Shown here in pieces: positions 25,497 to 37,837 of a stretch of DNA of 64,000 nucleotides. Position 1 is the stretch's first letter. Every line of letters begins with the position of its first letter. The position numbers were made by a program, and so were the translations under genes. Below the pieces are notes generated by a model, which saw only the letters and a list, made by a program, of their open reading frames with translations, was not told where the DNA came from and made no database searches. Source of the DNA: Octopus sinensis (lineage: Eukaryota); NCBI RefSeq assembly GCF_006345805.1, contig NC_043000.1:97154001-97218000 (forward strand), in the 5' to 3' direction.

Positions 25497-25686
25497 ATTT
25501 ACCGGTTTAGTAAATGTTTTTATCTTCATTTCACTTAATTTATCAAGCTTCTGTATTCCTAGCACATATTTCGCCTTAACGTACTGATATATGAAAAATA
25601 TATGGCTTGTGTTAGTAATACCAGCGATTATATTATTTTTTATTTTATATCGCAATTTGATTTGTTTATATTATATATATATAAAT

Positions 25687-25733
<47 letters not shown>

Positions 25734-25740
25734 ATATATA

Positions 25741-26726
25741 ATATTGTGTAACCTCACAGGTAAAAATCACATGGAGTGAGATCTGAACTGGACTTCTGCG
25801 GTCACAGTCTTCAGGTTTTAGCGCCAGCATGTAACGGGGTTTCTACGAACGAAAATTCAGTTCTTTATGCAACATTGTACGTATTGTGTGTCTTGTTAGT
25901 CCATTTTCAAGCTGCTTGACGTGTTGTCTTTGCGGGCTGCGATTAAACATTTTCTGCACTGTTACCACGTTCTACACTGATTAGGATGTGGTTGGACGGC
26001 CACTTCTCCTTGCATCGTTTACAGAGCCCGTGATCATCAGCTTTGCATGACAACTTTTTATTGTTTCCAGACGTAGCGTTGCATGCTTACCTATTTATGT
26101 ACACCACCGTCTCTGAACCAAAACAATAGAATTCCACACTTCATAGCATGCTATCTTAGCTCGCTCCTGAACAGTCAAGCAACTGGCCACTAGGAAAATA
26201 AGAAATAAGATATAATGCATGAAAATAAAATATCCCCTATTTTATTTTCATGCCTTATTTCTTATTTCTTATTTTCCTAGTGGCCAGTTGCTTGACTGTT
26301 CAGGAGCGAGCTAAGATAGCATGCTATGAAGTGTGGAATTCTATTGTTTTGGTTCAGAGACGGTGGTTGTACATAAATAGGTAAGCATGCAACGCTACGT
26401 CTGGAAACAATAAAAAGTTGTCATGCAAAGCTGATGATCACGGGCTCTGTAAAAACGATGCAAGGAGAAGTGGCCGTCCAACCACATCCTAATCAGTGTA
26501 GAACGTGGTAACAGTGCAGAAAATGTTTAATCGCAGCCCGCAAAGACACACGTCAGCAGCTTGAAAATGGACTAACAAGACACACAATACGTACAATGTT
26601 GCGTAAAGAACTGAATTTTCGTTCGTAGAAACCCCGTTACATGCAGGCGCTAAAACCTGAAGAGTGTGACCGCAGAAGTCCAGTTCAGATCTCACTCCAT
26701 GTGATTTTTACCTGTGAGGTTACACA

Positions 26727-26730
<4 letters not shown>
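25741..26730. repeat. ~990-bp near-perfect palindrome bounded by (TA)n
   Basis: ATATTGTGTAACCTCACAGG... / ...CCTGTGAGGTTACACAATAT; centre GAAAATAAAATA-TCCCC-TATTTTATTTTC near 26235; a few substitutions and indels between arms. Confidence 0.92.
26280..26680 (+). pseudogene. Tc1/mariner-superfamily transposase N-terminal (DUF4817-like HTH) fragment; mirror copy on - at ~25795-26190
   Basis: Frameshifted translation ASCLTVQERAKIACYEVWNSIVLVQRRW..KHATLRLETIKSCHAKLMITGSV.DARRSGRPTTS..MFNRSP..GLTRHTIRTMLRKELNF..KPRYMQALKPEECDRR. Confidence 0.7.
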
Positions 26731-26795
<65 letters not shown>

Positions 26796-26819
26796 TATAT
26801 ATATATGCACATTTACATA

Positions 26820-27365
26820 CTGTACATACCTACATATATATGTTATATACATGCATATATGGGTAGAGGACATCAAAAGACATGAACAAATGAGAAACGA
26901 AAACATACAAAAACAATATCATAGAAAACGAACTTTTTTTCGAAAAACGAAAGTAAAATTAGAGAAACGAGACAGGCAACATAAAGAACATTCCCTTCAT
27001 CAGTTGTCCACTGTTTTATCTACTCCGCGACTTAGTTAAAACAGTCCTTCTCGCAAACCAAATTAAATAAAATTTGGGATTTTTGGGGGAGGGTTTAAGT
27101 GGTAACAAAAAAAGGACAGTAAGAACAAAACAGTAAAAACAAACGGTGAGGGTTAAGCCAAGACGGTGTGAAGTGGTGAATGCTGGAAAAACGAGCTTTG
27201 AGGAGAGAGGTAAACGCACGTCTTGTCTTTTGGAAGGAAGTAGAAGCAAGAAAGATAGATAGCCGTTGCTCACGTGTGAGCAACGAGAGTCAAGGAGGAG
27301 GAGTGAGAGAGAGAGAGAAGCGGGAGAACGGTGAAGGGGAGAGGAGAAAAATAGGGAAAGAGTGG
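26820..27365 (-). mobile_element. Penelope-like terminal repeat family A, second copy with internal deletion
   Basis: Homologous to 1-610. Keeps the helix ACTGTTTTA/TAAAACAGT and GGACAA-CTGATGA-AGGG but lacks the ~26 nt carrying the UH and GAAA strands. Confidence 0.6.
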
Positions 27366-28924
27366 GATATATATATGCACGACATCAAAAATACAGACCC
27401 ACACATTCAAGACTGTGCGCTTCATATACATACATACATACATACATACATACATACATACATACATACATACATACATACATACATACATACATACATA
27501 CATACATGCATATAAACATAGATAATTGCATGTACTTATATACATGCAAGGATACATGCTAGAATAAAGCATACGTACATACATACATACATACATACAT
27601 ACATACATACATACATACACACATGTACGCATTCATGCACCCTTGCATACATACAAAAATGCATGCATGTTTGTGTGCATTCATTCATGTATACTTATAT
27701 ACATGCGGAATTAAATGTGTTACTCTCCCCCATAGAAGGAAACAATTCAAAAATCTGAGCACGTCCATAACTTGGCCATACCTATGTGTACCAATGCATA
27801 TTTCTTCAATCATATTCAGAAACTGTCAACGCCCCCATTGACAGCTCAGTAGATGGGTACTGAAAACACATATTGCCAGTTTTTTTTTTTAACAATCATC
27901 CACTTCCTTTTGCCGATACTTTTTTAAACGCCTTCAGGCTGCGATTCAGCGGAATTAAATGCATCGCATGTACACGTGCATATGTTCATGAGTAAAGTGC
28001 AACAGCCTTCCAAATTGTCAGCATGAAAATAACCACTTTTGACAATGTCTTATGAATATAATTTACATGCGTTGCTGATATATATTCGAGTTTGTTTATT
28101 TAACTTACTGCATTTGAAAGATTTTAAATATTGCTGAAGTTAATAGTATTCTTGTTGTGTTTGTTGCTATGAAACAAATGATAATATTTCATTTAATTTT
28201 AAAGCGATGAGCTTGCTGAATTGTTAGCATGCTGGGCAAAATTCTTAGGGTCATTTCATCCATCTTTACGTTCTGAGTTCAAATTCCGCTGAGGTCGACT
28301 TTGCCTTTCATCCTTTCGGAGTCAATAAAATAGGTACCAGTTGAACACTGGTGTCGATATAATCGTCTTTCTCCCTCCCCCGAAGATACTGTCTTTGTGC
28401 AAAAATTTGAAATCAATATTACATTTAAATTTCAATATTTAAATAGGAGACAAAACCAAAGAAGTGTAGCACTGCATCTATCACCCTCTCCTGGACCAGT
28501 TTCCATTTGTCCCCAGCATCTTATAAAATTTTTTCCCCCGCCTTTGAAAAGCTCTAAACTAGAATATGATGTTGACATTGAAAATTGCCATGAGCATTTG
28601 GGACTATTGATCAAAACTACAGACCTCTAGCAACCCAGAGTTTGCATCTTAATTGGAATGATTACAAAAACTGGACGACTTTAGTTACTAAGAACGCCTT
28701 TGTGTATAACACATTTACTCTTGGAACTCCGTCGGGAACAATAACCAACATAAATATGTGAAAGATTTTCTAATATGATATTCCACCTTTGATATTGGTG
28801 AAAGAAAACTATGAAGAACGGATGATACTAACAGGTCCTTATACTTTTTCACTCCCCGAGCGTTAAACTAATACACCACCTGTCTTCGTCTTTTGTATAT
28901 TGTGAATTCTCCTGATATATATAT

Positions 28925-28995
<71 letters not shown>

Positions 28996-29299
28996 TATAT
29001 ATATATATATATATATACATACATACATACTATATACATACATACATACATACATACATACACAACACGTATATATATTCATTATATTATATAATATTAC
29101 ATGATGTATATGCATATGTTCTTTCGTTCTGTTATTTGCTTTAGATATCACAGACAAGGTCATGATGCTGCACTGCCTTCACGGTAGACTCGCAGAATTT
29201 TTTGTAACCAAGAAATCTCCATGTTCACTGTAATTAAATGTCAAAAGTACCTAATGGAAGGAATATATGGAAATAATAATAATAATAATAATAATAATG

Positions 29300-29332
<33 letters not shown>

Positions 29333-29790
29333 TACAGCAAATATTCTGCTCAATACCACAGATTTGCTTGTCAGTTGTTTGACCTTAACCAGTTGAGCAT
29401 GTCCCTTAGTGGCTGACGATATGTGCATCTCTGATCACGAGCAGAAGTAGTGGGGGAGCATCATAGCCATGTGTTGAGAGGGATTCTTTGGGGTTTGAAT
29501 AGTTCACCTCTGGAAACATGGGTGGTTCTTTCAACATCCTTAAGCAACCCTTATTCAGGGACCGTTTGAGCAGGATGGGCTACTCAACCTGAAGAAAATT
29601 CTAACTGGGCCCCACCTCGCAAGGTCATGTGCTGTTTATCTTGATATGAGATCACCATGTCGCGCACATATGGTTGTGATGCATGTGCCTGGTGTACCTT
29701 TATCAGACGGGTAGTCATGATGGGTATATTGGGCTTCGTATATTTTACCCCAGTGTCACTTTGATGGCATGAACTGCTCTCTCACTCAAT
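29333..29790 (+). mobile_element. Non-coding repeat embedded in (TAA)n; second copy at ~52150-52540
   Basis: Two similar copies (AACCAGTTGAGCATGTCCCTTAGTG, GCAAGGTCATG), both ending CTCACTC-(AAT)n. Confidence 0.7.
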
Positions 29791-29852
29791 AATAATAATA
29801 ATAATAATTAATCACAGCACCACCAGTAGTCGTTGTCGACGTCGTCGTCGTG

Positions 29853-29906
<54 letters not shown>

Positions 29907-30180
29907 ATAGTAGTAGTATATGATATATAATATAATAATACGTATTATAAATAATATATTATTTATGTAAGATCAACATATTACCAATAACAAATACCAA
30001 TAACGAAAGTAAAAGTTTGCTTTGCTAAAGAAAAGGAAGAACTGAAAAAGAGCAGAAATACAAAATTTAGTTGAATGTAAATACACAAACATAAAGATAC
30101 ACACCTTGTATGTGCATGTATGCGTGAATACATACATACGTACATATATACATACATACATACATACATACATACATACA

Positions 30181-30207
<27 letters not shown>

Positions 30208-30211
<4 letters not shown>

Positions 30212-30707
30212 TAGTATGAAAATAATAAGACTAGAAAATTTAGAGAAATTCTACCAGTGGCCAGCATGCGTAATAAAGTCAATAGACAACATATTTTTCA
30301 TATAAATTAGTGTACATTCTTATACCCAAACCAGTTGGATTTGAAAAATTATGTTTACGAATGGAATACGTGTGTCTTCAGTGTTGTATAAATATACATT
30401 AATATTAGCGCTCTTACTGATGATGCACGAATGGCAAATTATTTTATTTGCACAATGATGTTAAAACTCGAGTATAAGGGTAAATACTGAAATGTTTTTA
30501 TTTTCATTCCCTTTGAAATTACTCTTATTCATGGTTTGGGCTTTAACTGCCCTTTCCTGCATGTAAGGTATCCTGTTAAGATCACCACTTTTGTGTATAA
30601 AAATGTAGACTAATTTATATGAAGAATATGTTGACTTTATTACGCATGCTGGCCACCGGTAGAATATTTCTCTAAATTTTCTACCCTTATTATTTTCATA
30701 GTAATAT
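30208..30707 (+). mobile_element. pLTR-like element with a decayed HHR and an inverted ~115-bp copy of its 3' tail
   Basis: 30208-30325 is the reverse complement of 30595-30707; HHR relic at 30411-30480. Confidence 0.6.
30411..30480 (+). ncRNA. Decayed type I hammerhead (G12 mutated)
   Basis: CTCTTA-CTGATGA-[GCAAAT/ATTTGC stem II]-AAAA(for GAAA)-C-TCGA-G-TA-TAAGGG; 6-bp stem I, palindromic ACTCGAGT. Confidence 0.6.
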
Positions 30708-30847
30708 TTTCGAAATTTTGAAGAATTTTGGTGCACAGTTTTAATTCTTCTTACTATTTGCTGCCGATTTTAGCAAATAACTAAAATAATGATATGCAAA
30801 TAGAAAGCAAATACTATATACTTGTGCTTATAATTTTCCATATATAT

Positions 30848-31047
30848 ACTCTTTTACTTGTTTCAGTCATTTGACTGCGGCCATGCTGGAGCACCACCTT
30901 TAGTCGAGCAAATCTACCCCAGGACTTATTCTTTGTAAGCCCAGTACTTATTCTATCGGTCTCTTTTGCGAACCGCTAAGTGACGGGGACGTAAACACAC
31001 CAGCATCGGTTGTCCAAGCAAGCTAGGGGGACAAACACAGACGCACA

Positions 31048-31134
<87 letters not shown>

Positions 31135-31292
31135 TCGACAGGCTTCTTTCAGTTTCCGTCTACCAATCCACTCAGAAGGCATTGGTCGACCCGAGGCTAT
31201 AACAGAAGACACTTGCCCAAGGTGCCACGCAGTGGGACTGAACCCGGAACCATGTGGTTGGTAAGCAAGCTACTTACCACACATCCCCTCCT
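30848..31292 (-). mobile_element. tRNA-derived CORE-like SINE (family 2), near full length; other copies ~19030-19200, 23400-23665(+), 41940-42460, 45590-45990, 60715-60920
   Basis: Minus strand: TGTGGTAAGTAGCTTGCTTACCAACCACATGGTTCCGGGTTCAGTCCC, GGCACCTTGGGCAAGTGTCTT, tail ATGACTGAAACAAGTAAAAGAG. Confidence 0.85.
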
Positions 31293-31601
31293 GTATATAT
31301 ATATTTGTTGCTAGGGTTTCGGCTCACAATCGTGAGATGGCAATCTCGATTCCGTAGGCGCATTGTGTTCTTGAGCAAGACACTTTAGTCCATGTTGCTT
31401 CAATTCACTCAGCTGCCAAATGTAATAGTCCTGTATGTTGAAAAGGCCAGCTTCGTCACATTCTGTGTCATGCTGAATCTCCCAGAGAATTATGTTAAGG
31501 GTACCTGTCTGTGGAGCGCTCAGCCACTTGCACGTTAATTTCACGAGCATTTGTTTCGTTGATCGGATCAACTGGAAGTACCGGTTAATATATATATATA
31601 T

Positions 31602-31648
<47 letters not shown>

Positions 31649-32110
31649 TACGACAGGCTTCTTTCAGTTTCCGTCTAACCAATCCACTCAGAAGGCATTG
31701 GTCGACCCGAGGCTATAACAGAAGACACTTGCCCAAGGTGCCACGCAGTGGACTGAACCCGGAACCATGTGGTTGGTAAGCAAGCTACTTACCACACATC
31801 CACTCCTGTATATATATATTTGTTGCTTAGGGTATTCGGCTCACAATCGTGAGATGGCAATCTCGATTCCCGTAGGCGCATTGTGTTCTTGAGCAAGACA
31901 CTTTAGTCCATGTTGCTTCAATTCACTCAGCTGCCAAATGTAAGTAGTCCTGTATTTGAAAAGGCCAGCTTCGTCACATTCTGTGTCATGCTGAATCTCC
32001 CAGAGAATTATGTTAAGGGTACCTGTCTGTGGAGCGCTCAGCCACTTGCACGTTAATTTCACGAGCAGTTTGTTTCGTTGATCGGATCAACTGGAAGTAC
32101 CGGTTAATAT
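31133..32110. repeat. Tandem duplication of two SINE pieces (~460 bp unique, ~515-bp period) between (TA)n tracts
   Basis: 31133-31590 is repeated at 31648-32110, differing mostly by single-base indels. Confidence 0.85.
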
Positions 32111-32139
32111 ATATATATTAGATAGATAGATAGATATAT

Positions 32140-32193
<54 letters not shown>

Positions 32194-32224
32194 GATGTGG
32201 TAAACACAAGTATATATATATATA

Positions 32225-33415
32225 GTTGAAATTTATAGAAAAGCAAAAGACGAAGACAGATGTAGGAAAAACAAGCAAGTGTGTTAGTGTAACGCTCGGG
32301 CAAATGAAAAAGCATTTTACACTTCGAGCCTACGCTCTTGAACATAAAGAAATAAAAGAAAATAAACAGAGAGGATGAAAAATCTTGTGGATTTCAGCGG
32401 TCCGGTGAATGATTGGAAATGAGAGGTTGAAAGAAAGGGAGATAATAAAATAGATAGAATGAAAGAGAGACAATTAAGTGCTACTGATTCTAAGAGATGG
32501 TGCTCGTGCGTGTGTGCATGAGAGAATTGAATGTGAGTGTGTGTGTGTGAATAGGGGTGAGTGACTCTGACGTGTGAGTGTGTACGTTTGTAACGCGCGC
32601 GTTTGTTTATTTGTGTGTGTGTGTGCGTGTCTGTGTTGTGTGCGTCTGTGCCGAAACAGTGTGCGTATGTATGGTGTATATATTGGGCGAAAAGCTATCT
32701 CTGTCTATGTTGCGTGTTGCGTGTCTATGTAAATAGCCTTTGTCCAGATATTATGTGCTTGTGTGGGGTGCGAGTGTGTATGATGTGTAGTGTGTGAACG
32801 GAGTTAAACAGTGTGTGTGGCTGCTCCTATTGAGGTATGTTGGTGACGCTATTGAAAACTGTGGGTGTGTGGATGATGGTGTGCGGTGTGGATCCTGGGC
32901 AGTGATCAGTGCTAGTGTGCGTGAAGTTGTGTGGAATTGGTATCAAAGGAAGAGAGGAGGTGAGGTTGGTGTCAGATGAAGAGAGGAGGTGAGTTGGGCC
33001 CATGTGGCGCAAAGGAGCGAAGAGAGAAGATTAATTCTGTTCACGGCGAAGGCAAGAGTCCGAATGGCTCCTGTGCAAAGACAGTCCGAACACAAGCAGA
33101 TGATGTAGCGAATAACTGGTAGAGTAAAAATGGCGAGAGACCGGGGTTTGATTGCCGAGTCTGATGTCTCGGAGGTGCTCTCCGAACCAGTCAGCCAAGC
33201 GGCCTCCCGTTTCACCGCTGTACAGCGAAGGAAAAAGAGAGCAGGATGTGCGGTAAATGACGTTACTGGAAGTGCAAGTAAAGGAGTCGGTGATGTGATA
33301 GGGACGATGATGGGTGGGCATGGGGGTGTTGGAGAGGATGGGACATGCACGACAGCGTGGGCGGAAGCAGGGGAACGAGCCAGGCTGTGAGGTGGGGTTA
33401 GGGAAGAAACTGTGG
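32225..33415 (-). mobile_element. 5'-truncated Penelope-like element: GIY-YIG endonuclease end plus pLTR
   Basis: GIY-YIG remnant followed by a CT/CA-rich UTR, a decayed HHR (AGAGC-GTAG-GCTC-GAAG near 32320-32345) and a tail homologous to 36005-36192. Confidence 0.85.
32975..33410 (-). pseudogene. Penelope-type GIY-YIG endonuclease fragment
   Basis: CFRPRCRACP...FTCTSSNVIYRTSCSLFPSLYSGETGGRLADWFGEHLRDIR...VSRHF...LRREQN*LIFSLRSFAPHGPN. Confidence 0.85.
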
Positions 33416-33447
33416 ACCAGGAGGTATACACACACACAAACACACAC

Positions 33448-33481
<34 letters not shown>

Positions 33482-33600
33482 CATACACCCCACACACTTA
33501 TACACAAGTTTACCTGTATATATGTAAACTTATTTGCATTACCTAACACCTTTGAGTCTTCTTGATACCATTACTTCTCGTAACCTATATATATGTAGTA

Positions 33601-33707
33601 AGGAGAATGGAGAATTGGAACATTCAAACTTTATGTTTATTTCCAGTTAGTTTATTCATAACTGGAAATAACCGTAAAGTTTGAATTTCAAATTCTTCAT
33701 TCTCCTA
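33601..33707. repeat. ~50-bp imperfect hairpin
   Basis: AGGAGAATGGAGAATT...TTATTTCCAGTTA / TAACTGGAAATAA...AATTCTTCATTCTCCT. Confidence 0.8.
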
Positions 33708-33844
33708 ATTATCAATATTATATTTTACACTCTAAGTAACCAATAAATAAACTGTAACATGGAAACTAAAGGAATTTTACCAAAAAGTACGCACCATCTG
33801 AAGTAATTTTACCCAGAGAAATTCGATATCTGCTTCTTCTTACT

Positions 33845-33882
<38 letters not shown>

Positions 33883-35199
33883 GGCCGTGCTGAATTAGAT
33901 TAGCACCATGGTGGATAACCTATTTCGCATATTTGTATTTTTGTCAGATCGTCATTAATTAAATATTATCCATTTTAAGTGCAACACAGCATAATGTTAA
34001 AATTTAAAATCGGTTCTAATTTACTCTGTATTGTGCATGAAATAGATATAACTTAATTTACGACTAAATTTGAATAATTACAATTTCAACCCCATTTTCA
34101 CAGAAGAGAAGTAAATTAACTGAAGGGGATAACTCTAATATCCCTAAGTGAAATGACAGTAATTAACATCAAACTAAAATTGCTATTAATTATTTAAGTG
34201 AGCCAGCGAAAAATGGAGCAAATTAAATGTTATCGTAATTTAAGAAGGAATAACATAAATATTATAGAAGTAAATGAAACTAATTTAGAATTATTAAAGT
34301 AGAATTACTGAAAAGAGGATAGTTTCAATCCCACCAAATGACAATCAGGATAACTTCCAGTCATGCTAATCAAACAGAGATGTTTAGCTCAAAGACGTGT
34401 AATTATATTCACGTACAGACTTAAATTAAAATATCAAGTTTCAAGTCGTAAAATAGAATACTTACAAAAAGGCAGTCTGTACTATTTCTTACCCAGGGTG
34501 AGTTACCGTAGAGCAGGAAGGACTTCTTTCAATGCATTAGTATGAAAATTTGTTGGGCAAACTCTTTGCAAATTACAGTGACGTTAGGAAATTTTTTCCG
34601 ATCGACGGATAGAATTCTACAATGTCGAGCTGCAGAAATTTGTATAACTTTCGTTCGTTATATTTCGTTATATTGTTAATCCAGTCGGTGGCAGATGTGT
34701 TAGCGTTCCATTGCTGAAAGTGCAGACAAGTAATTAAATGAAAATGCAAATATACAACAATTTTGAATTATTTGAAAGATAATGTAAGGCATAAGAAGAA
34801 TAGAAACTAGTCCAGTCAATTCTACTTACTTTTCTCATAAAAAGGTAAAAACCAGAGATGTAAACCTTTGGGTTTTTTTTGACATCGAGGTAAATATTTT
34901 GTCTTTCAAAACAGGTTAATGTTATATTACATACATTACGCAAAATTACATATCTATCAATCTATCAATCTAGAGAAAGAGGGAGCGAGAGTGAGAAAGA
35001 CAGACCGACTGACGAATGGTATAGAAATGCACGCCCCTACGGAGAAAGGTTTTGTTTCCAATGTTGTATTGAAAACACGACGGTCTATGTTCAAGTGTAT
35101 TAACATCAATAAAATACGTTAAAGTAAAACACAGTCGTATCTTCATTGTATGAATATCTATGTATGTCTATATGTATTGCGTTGTGTGCATGGCAGGGC

Positions 35200-35251
<52 letters not shown>

Positions 35252-35262
35252 CATACACACAC

Positions 35263-35317
<55 letters not shown>

Positions 35318-35948
35318 CACATATGTACATGTTAGAGCCTTTCTATTGTTGCTCAGTGAGTTAGTATTCGGGCCACTAAGAATGCTCTACCCAGTCCATC
35401 AGTCCATGCTGTGCTGCTTCACGTATAAAACGAACACGACAGGACACCAGTCAGTGCATAGGCAAAACCTAAAGCGTATTGAATATTATTGACATCCATA
35501 TTCCAAACAAGAGTAGAATATTAAAATTCGAAAAATAAAGAATCTAAAACAGTTATAGTGTTCATAATGATGATGATGATGTTGATAGTGGTAATGGTGG
35601 TGGTAGCGACGACAACGATGGTGACGATGATGACGATGACGACGATGATTAAACGATATTATTCCTTCCACTTTTTTGCCCCTCTCTCTCTCTCTTTTCC
35701 TCACTTTCTCTCCCTCTCTGTCTGTCTGGCTCTCTTTCTCTCTCTCTTTCTCTCCATCTCTGTGCTCTTGCACTCATACACATACACGCACATGCAGACA
35801 TACACATACATACGTCAATTACCTTAAGTAGCGGACTGAACTTATCGGTAGAGCTGTACTTCTAATAACTATATCCACTGTATGTTCCATGTGTATGGAA
35901 TGATCATTTGAACAAATCTTCCCAATTCCATACTGATGATAGATCCAA

Positions 35949-35983
<35 letters not shown>

Positions 35984-36004
35984 GCACATATATATAATTT
36001 CGCC

Positions 36005-36188
36005 ACGATAGATCGGTAGCCACTACACACATTTTTTCTCTCCTTGTTTCTTTCTGTGTTCCAATCTGTAGAAGAGCGTAGGCTCGAAACGTTAAAGACT
36101 TTTTCAATTCCCGAGCATTATACTAATACATCTGTTCGTTGTCTACACCACCTGTCTTCGTCTTTTGCTTTTTGTTTTCGTGAATTCT

Positions 36189-36192
<4 letters not shown>
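36005..36192 (+). mobile_element. Solo Penelope pLTR with a variant minimal HHR; a further tail fragment at ~28845-28915
   Basis: CTGTAGA-A-GAGC-GTAG-GCTC-GAAA-CG-TT-AAAG at 36066-36097; homologous to the pLTR of the GIY-YIG element; ends in (TA)n. Confidence 0.75.
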
Positions 36193-36225
<33 letters not shown>

Positions 36226-36402
36226 CCAATGAAAAGAAGCCCAGTATTCGAGTCGAGTGCTTCCCTGGACATATCTCAATTTTACATCCAGCCTGAGCCC
36301 TTCTAGCTGCAGTCCTATTTTTATTTCTGTTCTTTGGTTTAACGAAGTTATAAAATTTTCTTCTTATATACATATATTCATATGTGCGTGCGTGCGTGCG
36401 TG

Positions 36403-36433
<31 letters not shown>

Positions 36434-37128
36434 CTGTGTGTCTGTGTGTAATGGGGTATATATTCCATATTTTTTTGTTCCATATAAAGGGTCATTCTTC
36501 ATATTTGCCCAAAGCACATAGACATGGAATCATAATACCACTAAACTATAGTGCACTCTCGGTGATTAACCTAGATGAACTAAAACTGTGTTTCCTAGGT
36601 TCATATGCATCTATTTACTATATTATACCTGACATGTATTCAAGCAACCCAAACTATATTTACCCTGTATTGCACTTTACACATATTTCCCACTGCTTTC
36701 TGAAGTAGCTGTTCTTTCACAGTGATATATATATATATATATAAAGTGTTTGCTTCGTTTCGTTGTCTGTTCCTAGTCGGTTTCTATACCAACCACTTGC
36801 GATGTCGGCTAATGCTATATGCTTTGGCTAAAGAAGTAGCTGCCTTAAATTTAGCATTGGCCGTTGAGAAGGATTTTCACTGAGACATCTAGAGGTAACT
36901 GGTGCCATATATACTATATTTTCTTTGTGTGATACACATAGACATAAAGTCATAACCCTGACTACCTAATAAGTCAATGGGTATTCTCAATGATTAAATA
37001 TCTTTCTAAGACGAACAAAAGCCGCATCGTTTAGATTTTATGTGCGTTTGTCTTCAATATATATAAAATTCTTGCATTTATATACCTATTTGCATTAATG
37101 CACATGTTTGTATGTAAATATAAATATA

Positions 37129-37184
<56 letters not shown>

Positions 37185-37400
37185 ATATATATATATATAT
37201 GTATGTATGTATGTATGTATATGCATATACACATACATATATGTGCGTATGTTCGGGTGCAGCGAGTGCTGTTGAAAAGAATGTAAGCTTCTGACGACAT
37301 TAGTTCGCCAGCCGGTTTTAAGTTTCAGCTGAAGGCAATTCATATAATTTAAACCCTAATGTCCTTAAGAAATTGCTCACATAAATATAAAACGTCAAAC

Positions 37401-37431
<31 letters not shown>

Positions 37432-37776
37432 CATACATACATACATACATACATACATACATGCATGCATGCATGTATGCATACATACATACATATATAT
37501 ATATATTCATATATATGTATCCACATATATGTATGTATACATATATACATACATATATATGTATCCATATATGCATATATATATATATACATACATATAT
37601 ATATATATACATACATATATATGTATACATATATACGTACATATATATACGTATTCATATATACATGCATATACATATATAAATATATACATACGTATAT
37701 ATATAAATATATATATATACATATACATACATAAGTATGTATATCTATATATATACATATATGTACATACATATAT

Positions 37777-37837
<61 letters not shown>

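Larger units (their letters stand above)
24759..25668 (+). mobile_element. Non-LTR retrozyme-like tandem array (~2.3 x ~395 bp) with one HHR per full unit
   Basis: Units start CTGTATTCCTAGCAC at 24761, 25155 and 25551; non-coding; flanked by (TA)n on both sides; HHRs at 25031 and 25425. Confidence 0.75.
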
